This document shows positions 22,379 through 29,256 of a DNA stretch of 29,256 nt, piece by piece. Numbering within the stretch: the first letter of the stretch is position 1; each line of letters starts with the position of its first letter. The translations under genes were made by a program, and so were the position numbers. Source of the stretch: Actinomycetota bacterium (GTDB lineage Bacteria; Actinomycetota; UBA4738; HRBIN12); the NCBI GenBank assembly GCA_046732015.1, contig JBKPMF010000091.1, positions 1-29,256 on the forward strand, given 5' to 3'. The notes under the pieces were generated by a model. It worked only from the letters and a program-made list of their open reading frames with translations, searched no databases and had not been told where the DNA came from.

Positions 22379-24736
22379 TCACAGCGTCTCCGGCGTCCGC
22401 AGGTGGAACGGCACGCTGGTGACCACGACGCTGGGCTCGAACAGCAGCAGGCGCTTGAAGAACAGCGCGGTCTGGTTGTGCAGCACGCTCTCCCACCAAT
22501 GGCGAGGCACGAGCTCGGGCAGCACCACGGTCACGACCGTGTCGCCGCGTTCGGTGTGCTTGTGCACCTCCTCGAGCAGCGGAGCGCCGAGATCGCGGAA
22601 CGGCGCTTCGACCAACAGCAGCGGCACATCGATCTGGCGGTCGTACCAGGCCTCGATCACGCCGGGGGTCTCTTCCGGATCGGTCGCCAGGTAGACGGCC
22701 TCGATCATCGTTGGACGCAGCGACTTCGCATAGACCACCGCACGGACGGTGGGATCGTGCACGGCCGACACGGGGATCAGCACCACGCTGCGGGCCGGTT
22801 CCAGCGGACGGTTGTCGGGTCCGCGTCGCGGCTCGCCCGGCACCAGGGGCACATCGGTGACCACCACGCCGGGCTCGAACAGGAGCGCGGTCTTCAACAG
22901 GAACGCCTCGCGGTGCACCAGGAACTGCGCCACCGTGCGTCGCGTGAGCAGCTCGGGGATCACCACGGTGACGAAGTCGTCGGGTTTGCGCGCCACCGTG
23001 CGGATGTACCCGCGGACGGCGCGCACCAGGTGATCGTCGCCCCGCGGCAGCAACTCCAACGGACCGAGCCTCGGGGCGTTCAGGGCCCAGGCATCGCGCG
23101 CCACCGGGAAGTCCTCCTCCGGCCCCACGAACAGCGCCGACAATCGCTCGGGACGCACCGCGCGCAGGTAGGCGATCGCGTCCTTGGTGGCCGGGCCCAG
23201 GTCGTGGACCAGCAGCAGCATGGCGCCTTCGGCCGGCGTGTCGGGGGCCATCAGCCGTTGGGCCAGCACCGCCTGCACCTTCCGGTAGTGGCGGTGGATC
23301 AGCAGGAAGATCATCACGATGATGGGGATCGCGATCACCACCACCTTCGCGCCCTTCTGGAACTTCGTGGCGGTGACGATCACGAGGACCACGCCGGTGG
23401 TGAACGCGCCGACGCCGTTGATGATCGCGCTGCGCCTCCACCCCGGTCCCTTCACGCGGAACCATCGCCGCACCATGCCCGTCTGCGACAGCGTGAACGC
23501 GGTGAACACGCCCACCACGTACAGCTGGATCAGGCGCGTCAGCTGCGCGTCGTAGATCCAGATCAGGGCCATGGCGAGCCCCGCCAGGATCACCACCCCG
23601 TTGGAGAACACGAGACGGTCGCCTCGGTTGCGGAACTGCGACGGCATGAACCCGTCGCGCGCCAGGATCGAGGACAGCCTGGGGAAGTCCTGGAACGCGG
23701 TATTGGCGGCCAGGATCAGGATGCCGGCCGTGAACACCTGCAGCAGGATCCACATGAACCCGCCCCCGAAGATCGTCGAGCCTACCTGGGAGAGCACCGA
23801 GTTCGACTGCGCGATGTGCTCGTCGACGCGGACGTGCAGCAGCTGGGTCATCACCGTGATGCCCAGGAACAGGGTCACCGCCATCGCGCCCATGATGGCG
23901 AGCGTCGACGCCGCGTTCTTGGCCTGCGGGCGACGGAACGCCGGCACCCCGTCGGCGATGGCCTCCACGCCGGTGAGCGCGGTGGCGCCCGAGGAGAACG
24001 CCCGCAACAGCAGGAACAGGGTGATCGTCGTGGTGGCCTCGATGTGCAGGTCGGCGGTGGCGGCCGTTCGGCAGCCGGTCAGGCATTGCGCGAACCCGAC
24101 GATCAGCGTGAGGGACACGATCGCGACGAAGCCGTAGGTGGGGATCGCGAACAGCGTGCCCGCCTCCTTCACCCCGCGCAGGTTCGCGAGCGTGACGAAC
24201 GCCACCAGCCCGATCGCGATCGGCACGCGGTAGGGCAGCAGAGAGGGCGCCGCCGAGGTGATCGCCACGGTGCCCGCCGTGATGCTCACCGCCACGGTGA
24301 GGACGTAGTCGGTCAGGATCGCGGCGGCCGCGGTCAGTCCCGGGATCGTGCCCAGGTTGTCCTTCGCCACGATGTAGGACCCGCCGCCGTGCGGGTAGGC
24401 GCGCACGGTCTGCCGGTAGGACGTCACCACGATCGTGAGCAGGATGCCGATCGCCACACCGATCCAGATCTTGTCGTTCAGCGCTCCGGCGCCCGCCAGC
24501 ACGAGCACCAGCATCATCTCCTCGGTGGCGTAGGCCACGGAGGACAGCGGGTCGGAGGAGAAGACCGGCAGCGCCAGGAACTTGGGCAGCAGCTGGTGAT
24601 CGGCCTTGTGGCTCGCCAGGGCGCGTCCCAGGAGCAACCGTTTCACGCCGCCGCTCAGCCCCACGCCGTCGTGTTTGGCGCTGGGTTTCGAGACTTGGTC
24701 CGTCGCGGGCTTCGGGGCCGGTTCCGTGGTCCTCAC
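22379..24736 (-). CDS. KimA/YdaO-like (APC-fold) potassium transporter, copy 2, with a tandem cytosolic domain
   Basis: PVFSSDPLSSVAYATEE, YPHGGGSY, ALTGVEAIADGVP, ANTAFQDFPRL, FRNRGDRLVFSNG, HNQTALF. Confidence 0.85.
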   Translation of the reverse strand: MRTTEPAPKPATDQVSKPSAKHDGVGLSGGVKRLLLGRALASHKADHQLLPKFLALPVFSSDPLSSVAYATEEMMLVLVLAGAGALNDKIWIGVAIGILLTIVVTSYRQTVRAYPHGGGSYIVAKDNLGTIPGLTAAAAILTDYVLTVAVSITAGTVAITSAAPSLLPYRVPIAIGLVAFVTLANLRGVKEAGTLFAIPTYGFVAIVSLTLIVGFAQCLTGCRTAATADLHIEATTTITLFLLLRAFSSGATALTGVEAIADGVPAFRRPQAKNAASTLAIMGAMAVTLFLGITVMTQLLHVRVDEHIAQSNSVLSQVGSTIFGGGFMWILLQVFTAGILILAANTAFQDFPRLSSILARDGFMPSQFRNRGDRLVFSNGVVILAGLAMALIWIYDAQLTRLIQLYVVGVFTAFTLSQTGMVRRWFRVKGPGWRRSAIINGVGAFTTGVVLVIVTATKFQKGAKVVVIAIPIIVMIFLLIHRHYRKVQAVLAQRLMAPDTPAEGAMLLLVHDLGPATKDAIAYLRAVRPERLSALFVGPEEDFPVARDAWALNAPRLGPLELLPRGDDHLVRAVRGYIRTVARKPDDFVTVVIPELLTRRTVAQFLVHREAFLLKTALLFEPGVVVTDVPLVPGEPRRGPDNRPLEPARSVVLIPVSAVHDPTVRAVVYAKSLRPTMIEAVYLATDPEETPGVIEAWYDRQIDVPLLLVEAPFRDLGAPLLEEVHKHTERGDTVVTVVLPELVPRHWWESVLHNQTALFFKRLLLFEPSVVVTSVPFHLRTPETL

Positions 24737-24748
24737 GTGAGGAACCTA
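24730..24748 (-). promoter_or_regulatory. -10 TAGGTT (24743..24748, includes the kdpE stop) 6 nt before GTG, with perfect palindrome TCCTCACGTGAGGA (24730..24743) over the start
   Basis: Read directly from sequence. Confidence 0.5.
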
Positions 24749-25444
24749 CCCCGTTCCCGAGGTGTGCTCGGCCACCCAGCGGTATCCCACCCCGGGCTCG
24801 GTGACGATGAGGTCCGGCGCCTGGGCGTCATCGCCCAGCTTCTTGCGGAGGGCCCGCACGTACGTGCGCAGGTACGTGGTCTCGGTGCCGTAGCCCTGAC
24901 CCCACACCTTGCGCAACAGCCACTGATGGGTGAGGAGCTTGCCCGGGTTCGTCACGAACGCCTCGAGCAGGCCGTACTCGGTGGGCGTGAGGTGGATCGG
25001 TTCGCCGTCGCGGGAAACCAGCCGTCGTCCCAGGTCGACCTCGAGCCCACCGAACCGTTGGACCGGCACCGCCGGTTCCTCCGGTTGCTTTCGGCGCATC
25101 GCGGCGCGGCCACGCGCCAGCAGCTCCTCCATGCCGAAGGGCTTCGTGACGTAGTCGTCGGCGCCGGCGTCGAGGGCCGCCACCTTGTCCGACTGGTCCT
25201 CGCGCACCGACACCACGATCACGGGCACGTCGGAGAACCCACGGATCCTTCGCAGCACGTCGGTGCCGTCCAGGTCGGGCAGGCCCAGGTCGAGCAGCAC
25301 CAGGTCCGGCCCCTGCTCGGCCACGCCGACCACGCCTTCCTCGCCGGTGCCCACCGTGGCCACCTGGTAGCCGTGGGCCTCCAGGCTGGTGCGGAGCGCC
25401 CGCCGGATCTGCGGCTCGTCATCCACCACCAGGACCAGCGTCAC
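24746..25444 (-). CDS. kdpE: KdpE-like OmpR-family response regulator
   Basis: VVDDEPQIRRALRTSL, LLDLGLPDLDG, ALDAGADDYVTKPFGMEELLAR, HLTPTEY, LLTHQWLLRKVWG, YLRTYV, TEPGVGYR. Confidence 0.85.
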   Translation of the reverse strand: MTLVLVVDDEPQIRRALRTSLEAHGYQVATVGTGEEGVVGVAEQGPDLVLLDLGLPDLDGTDVLRRIRGFSDVPVIVVSVREDQSDKVAALDAGADDYVTKPFGMEELLARGRAAMRRKQPEEPAVPVQRFGGLEVDLGRRLVSRDGEPIHLTPTEYGLLEAFVTNPGKLLTHQWLLRKVWGQGYGTETTYLRTYVRALRKKLGDDAQAPDLIVTEPGVGYRWVAEHTSGTG

Positions 25445-26913
25445 GCAAGCTCCTCGGACGCTCGCGCTTCTTCGACCATGACCGCTCCCTCCACCGGCAG
25501 CTCGAACACCACCGCCGTGCCGCCCGCAGGCGTGCCCTCCACCCAGATGCGCCCGCCGTGCGCCGTGACGATCGCATTGGCGATCGCGAGGCCCAATCCG
25601 CTCCCCGGCATCTCGGGACTCCGCGCGCCACGATAGAACGCTTCGAAGACGCGTTCGCGGTCGCTCTCGGCGATCCCCGGGCCTTGATCGCTGACGCGCA
25701 CCTGGACATGGTCCCGCACCGGAGCCACCGTCACCGTGACCTCGCCGCCGTCCGGGGAGTAGCGGGCGGCGTTCTCGAGCAGGTTCGTCAGCACCTGATC
25801 CATCTGGACGCCGTCGACCGGCACGTCGGGAACGTCGTCACGGATCGAGAGCTTGAGGGTGACCCGGTCCATGCGAGGACGCATGCGGGCGATCACGGTC
25901 TCGACCGATTCGTCGAGCGAGGCGTCCTTGCGGCTCGGGATCAACGCCCCCGCGCGGATCTTGGCCAGGTCGAGGATGTTGCCCACCAGGCGGTTGAGGC
26001 GATCGGTCTCCTCCAAGATCGTGGTGAGCAGCTCGGTCTCCTGCTCGGGCTCGTACCGCACCGTGGGGTCGAGCAGGCTCGTCACACCCGCCTTGATCGA
26101 AGCCAGCGGCGTCCGCAGGTCGTGGGTCACCGACGAGAACATCGCGGCCCGGAGCTGGTTCGTCTCGGCCTCGAGCTGTGCGGACCGCGCCCGGACGTCC
26201 AGCCGCGCGCGGTCGAGCGCGGCGGCGGCCTGCTTGGCGGCCGCCTCCAACAACTCGAGTTCGTCGGGCGTGAACGGCCGCTTGCCGACGGGCCGCTCCA
26301 CCTTGAGGGTGCCGAACGCCACGGTGCCGACCACCAGCGGGACCACCGCGTCGGGGCCACCGGAGGTCACATCGGGCCGTGACGCCACCGCGTGCAGCTG
26401 GCTTCCGGCCAGCTCCACCGTGATCTCGCACCGCGCCAGGCCGAAGGGTTCCAGGAGCACGGTGGCGAAATCGTCGAGCACGCGGTCGGGCAGCTCGCCG
26501 GTCAGCAGCTTCGTCGACAGGTAGCCGAGCAGCCGTGCCTCACGTTCCCGACGCGACGCGCGAGCGCGTTCCTCGGACGCGCCGCCCACCAGGAGGCCGA
26601 CCACCATGGCCACCGCCAGGAACACCACAGCGGTCACCACCTCTTCCGTGCCGTTGAGGCGGAGCCGGAACCGGGGAGCCCCATAGAGGAAGGGCAGCGC
26701 CATCGAGGACAGCAGCGCCGCGATCAACCCGCTGGACAGTCCGCCCGCCACCGAGGCGATCACGATGGCCAGCAGGAACAGGGCGATCGCGGCAGCCGGC
26801 CCGCCCCGGCTCAGCGGGATCGAGGCCAGCCCTGCCACCAGGGGGGCCACCACGGCGATCATGCCGCCTCGGGCGGTCAACCCCCGCCACCGCCGATCGG
26901 TCTCGGTGCGCAT
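25441..26913 (-). CDS. KdpD-like sensor kinase lacking the N-terminal KdpD/USP domains (DUF4118-like TM - GAF-like - HisKA - HATPase)
   Basis: About four N-terminal TM helices; H-box SSVTHDLRTPLASI; QVLTNLLENAARYS, DQGPGI, GSGLGLAI; GTGA overlap with kdpE. Confidence 0.88.
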   Translation of the reverse strand: MRTETDRRWRGLTARGGMIAVVAPLVAGLASIPLSRGGPAAAIALFLLAIVIASVAGGLSSGLIAALLSSMALPFLYGAPRFRLRLNGTEEVVTAVVFLAVAMVVGLLVGGASEERARASRREREARLLGYLSTKLLTGELPDRVLDDFATVLLEPFGLARCEITVELAGSQLHAVASRPDVTSGGPDAVVPLVVGTVAFGTLKVERPVGKRPFTPDELELLEAAAKQAAAALDRARLDVRARSAQLEAETNQLRAAMFSSVTHDLRTPLASIKAGVTSLLDPTVRYEPEQETELLTTILEETDRLNRLVGNILDLAKIRAGALIPSRKDASLDESVETVIARMRPRMDRVTLKLSIRDDVPDVPVDGVQMDQVLTNLLENAARYSPDGGEVTVTVAPVRDHVQVRVSDQGPGIAESDRERVFEAFYRGARSPEMPGSGLGLAIANAIVTAHGGRIWVEGTPAGGTAVVFELPVEGAVMVEEARASEELA

Positions 26914-26954
26914 GTTCGGTCCATCGTGCCACGGGTGGTCCCGGCACCATGGCT

Positions 26955-27003
26955 TTCACGCGATCTTCACGCGGGGCCATAGATCCTTCACGCCGCGCTC
27001 ACG
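26955..27003 (+). repeat. Four phased (T/C)TCACG direct repeats, spacing 11/21/11 bp; candidate OmpR-family (KdpE) operator
   Basis: TTCACG at 26955, 26966 and 26987; CTCACG at 26998. Confidence 0.7.
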
Positions 27004-27050
27004 CCGACGGGACGATGCTTTCGGCAAGGAGCTACCCATCCTCCGAATAC

Positions 27051-27098
27051 TGCCCGGAGATCCACCGGATGCCCTCCAGCTCGGTGGATCTCCGGGCA
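27051..27098. other. Perfect 17-bp inverted repeat with a 14-nt loop in the intergenic region
   Basis: TGCCCGGAGATCCACCG (27051..27067) and CGGTGGATCTCCGGGCA (27082..27098). Confidence 0.9.
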
Positions 27099-27163
27099 CC
27101 GTCCTGTCCGGGGTCCGTTCGGGCCCTTCACCGAGAGCGATGCCAGTGCTTCAGATGGTCCGA

Positions 27164-27169
27164 TAGGCT
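27164..27169 (+). promoter_or_regulatory. Putative -10 TAGGCT, 10 nt before the trkA ATG
   Basis: TANNNT match with no SD before ATG 27180. Confidence 0.4.
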
Positions 27170-27179
27170 ACGGCGCGTC

Positions 27180-27845
27180 ATGCGGGTCATCATCATGGGT
27201 TGCGGCCGTGTCGGATCGGAGCTGTCGGAGGAACTCGCCGACGGCGGCCACGACGTCGTCATCATCGACAAGGACCCGGAGGCCTTCTTCCGATATCCGC
27301 CGGCGGAGGGCACCACCACGGTGGTCGGGCTCGGCTTCGATCGCGACGTCCTGCGCGAAGCCGGGATCGAACAGGCCGACGCCTTCGTCGCGGTCTCCAG
27401 CGGCGACAACTCCAACATCGTGTCGGCACGGGTGGCGCTCGAACGCTTCCACGTGCCGAAGGTGGTGGCGCGGATCTACGACCCGCGGCGTGCCGAGATC
27501 TACGAGCGGCTGAACATCCCCACGGTGGCCACGACCGCGTGGGGCATCAAGCAGATCCAGTTGATGCTGTTCCACGACCGCAAGGAGATCCGCGAGAGCC
27601 TGGGAGGTGGTGACCTGTTGCGCATGCGCGTGCCGGTGCCCGCCCACCTCGTGGGTCGCTCACCCTCCTCGCTCAACGTCGAGGGCAAGGTGCTCGTGGC
27701 GGGGGTCTCGCGAGGCGGGGGTGGGTTCCTCCCCACGGACGACAGCACGATGCAGGCCGGCGACTTCCTGGTGCTGATGCTGACGAAGGACGGCGTGGAG
27801 ACGATGGACCAGATGCTCGAATCTCCGAGCGGTGATCACGCATGA
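27180..27845 (+). CDS. trkA: TrkA/KtrA-family RCK protein (CeoB-like)
   Basis: MRVIIMGCGRVG, VVIIDKD, AFVAVSSGDNSNI, VPKVVARIYDP. Start moved from 26949 to 27180. Confidence 0.88.
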   Translation: MRVIIMGCGRVGSELSEELADGGHDVVIIDKDPEAFFRYPPAEGTTTVVGLGFDRDVLREAGIEQADAFVAVSSGDNSNIVSARVALERFHVPKVVARIYDPRRAEIYERLNIPTVATTAWGIKQIQLMLFHDRKEIRESLGGGDLLRMRVPVPAHLVGRSPSSLNVEGKVLVAGVSRGGGGFLPTDDSTMQAGDFLVLMLTKDGVETMDQMLESPSGDHA

Positions 27846-28561
27846 AGGTGATCGTGACCGGCGGTGGGGCCGTGGGACGCCACCTGGCGGTCGACCTCGT
27901 GGAGCGCGGCCACGATGTGACGCTGATCGAGCAGAACCATGCGTTGGCCGACAAGCTGCGGTCGTGGGCCGAGGGCGTGAACATCGTGTTCGGCGACGCC
28001 TGCGAGCCGTGGGTGCTCGAGGAAGCGCAGATGGCGCAGGCCGAGGTCGTGGTGGCGGCCACCGGCGACGACGAGGACAACCTGGTGACCTCGCTGCTCG
28101 CCAAGCAGGAGTTCGCGGTCCCGCGCGTCCTGGCCCGGGTGAACCATCCGAAGAACGAATGGCTCTTCAACGAGCAGTGGGGCGTCGACGCCGCGGTCTC
28201 CCCGCCGCACATCCTCACCGCCATGGTGGAGGAAGCCGTCACCGTCGGCGACCTGGTTCGGCTGATCCGATTGGAAGGCGGCGACATCTCGATCGTGGAG
28301 ATGACCCTGCCGGAGGGTTCGAGCTCGGTGGGCAAGGCGATCTACGAACTGCGACTGCCCACCGACGCCGCCATCGTCGGGATCCTGCGGGAGGGCCACG
28401 TCGTGATCCCGCAGCCCGAAACGGTGCTCTCGGCCGGCGACGAGGTCATCGCCCTGGCGAGCGCTCCGTCCGAACGCTCGCTCCGCGATGCCGTGGTGGG
28501 CGCCGGCATGCCGGGTGGCATCCCCAACGACACGATCGACGGCGCGAGCGGCGTCGTCTAG
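27842..28561 (+). CDS. trkA: TrkA/KtrA-family RCK protein (CeoC-like)
   Basis: MKVIVTGGGAVG, VAATGDDEDNLV, VLARVNHPKNEWLF, RCK_C-like AIVGILREG; ATGA overlap with the upstream gene. Confidence 0.88.
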   Translation: MKVIVTGGGAVGRHLAVDLVERGHDVTLIEQNHALADKLRSWAEGVNIVFGDACEPWVLEEAQMAQAEVVVAATGDDEDNLVTSLLAKQEFAVPRVLARVNHPKNEWLFNEQWGVDAAVSPPHILTAMVEEAVTVGDLVRLIRLEGGDISIVEMTLPEGSSSVGKAIYELRLPTDAAIVGILREGHVVIPQPETVLSAGDEVIALASAPSERSLRDAVVGAGMPGGIPNDTIDGASGVV

Positions 28562-29256
28562 CCGGGCGTCGCGCCCCGCAACAGGCGGTCGCGTTCCAAC
28601 AGCAGCGCCAGCTGGTTCCCGAACGCCTCGAGGATGCGGCGCTCCGACGCGGTGAGCGGCGCGCGGTCGCCGCGCAACACCAGCAATCCGAGGTTGCGCC
28701 GACCCACGTTCAAGGGGAACCGCTCGATGCCGTCACCTGCCGTCGTCGCGATCGCGCCGGGCTCGGCGTTCACCACGGTCATCTCCTCGAGACCACCGAG
28801 ATCGGCGTGCGGCTGCTCGAACAGCACGCCGTCGACGAACCCGAACGAGCTGACGATCAGGCGCAGCACCACCGCGTAGCGGTCGGGGCCGGTGTCGGGC
28901 TCCACGAGGGCTCGCGACAGATCCTGCTGCATCCGCAGCTCGGAGGCCCGCGCCTCGGCGGCCGCAGCACGCGCGTCGCTTCGCGTCACCAACAACGAGA
29001 TCACCACCGACAGGGCGAGGAACGCGAACAGCATCACGACGTCCTCGCTCTTGCCGATCGCGAACGTGTCGAACGGCGGGATGAAGAAGTAGTTGAAGCA
29101 CGCGAACCCCAGGAGCGAGGCGAAGATGCCAGGCCACAGTCCGCCGAGCCACACCGTGCCCACGACCACGAACAGGAACGCGAACGCCTCGGACACCGCG
29201 TCGATGTCACCTCGGTGCGGGTGCAACACCACCACGAGCGCCGCGGTGGCCACCAC
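28558..29256 (-). CDS. KdpD-like membrane protein, C-terminal part (DUF4118-like TM + GAF-like), ending without a kinase domain; start is outside the window
   Basis: GGLWPGIFASLLGFACFNYFFIPPFDTF, then LTASERRILEAFGNQLALLLERDRLLRGATPG-stop. The stop overlaps the trkA stop (CTAG). Confidence 0.8.
   Translation of the reverse strand: MVATAALVVVLHPHRGDIDAVSEAFAFLFVVVGTVWLGGLWPGIFASLLGFACFNYFFIPPFDTFAIGKSEDVVMLFAFLALSVVISLLVTRSDARAAAAEARASELRMQQDLSRALVEPDTGPDRYAVVLRLIVSSFGFVDGVLFEQPHADLGGLEEMTVVNAEPGAIATTAGDGIERFPLNVGRRNLGLLVLRGDRAPLTASERRILEAFGNQLALLLERDRLLRGATPG

Noticed and set aside
22238-25636. 1132-aa + strand ORF, and similar 20012..22186, 5669..7555, 3723..5003, 9706..10998, 11002..12168
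   Set aside because: All are antisense shadows of well-supported genes with biased His/Arg/Gly composition.
27040-27170. ydaO/yuaA c-di-AMP riboswitch call (faint resemblance CCGAATAC...TCAGATGGTCCGATAGGC)
   Set aside because: The conserved GGAACC, GGGGnnAAT and GTCAGCTAAC elements are absent. Kept only as an unclassified structured leader; cmscan would decide.
28558-29256. Pseudogene call for the kinase-less KdpD-like gene
   Set aside because: The reading frame is clean, the stop falls at a domain boundary, and no decayed kinase follows. It cannot be fully excluded without orthologs.

Overview
High-GC window, most likely from a deep-branching actinobacterium (inference from the topA-tmk(MFS)-holB order, TANNNT leaderless promoters and a TopA with Zn ribbons). 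It has four blocks. (1) 1-8411 is a dense signalling island: three paralogous multi-TM/GAF/HisKA_3 sensor kinases (one partial and missing from the ORF track), a NarL-type regulator, a stand-alone receiver, a USP, and an unusual receiver-LuxR HTH-class III nucleotide cyclase fusion. This is a candidate two-component-controlled cAMP module. (2) 8543-17629 is the housekeeping holB / MFS-tmk / topA block, interrupted by a large AAA-LuxR regulator and a small, probably exported peptide with an AIGFSHVP repeat. (3) 17808-19990 holds dedA, a GNAT and a YihY-family gene. (4) 19973-29256 is a potassium-homeostasis locus: two tandem KimA/YdaO-like transporters, each with a duplicated cytosolic domain, a KdpE plus a KdpD-like kinase lacking the N-terminal sensor, a TrkA pair, and a kinase-less KdpD-like membrane protein. 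Its control region has phased TCACG repeats and a perfect 17-bp hairpin. I found no rRNA, tRNA, CRISPR array or mobile element. All family calls come from motif recognition by eye; no database searches were run.
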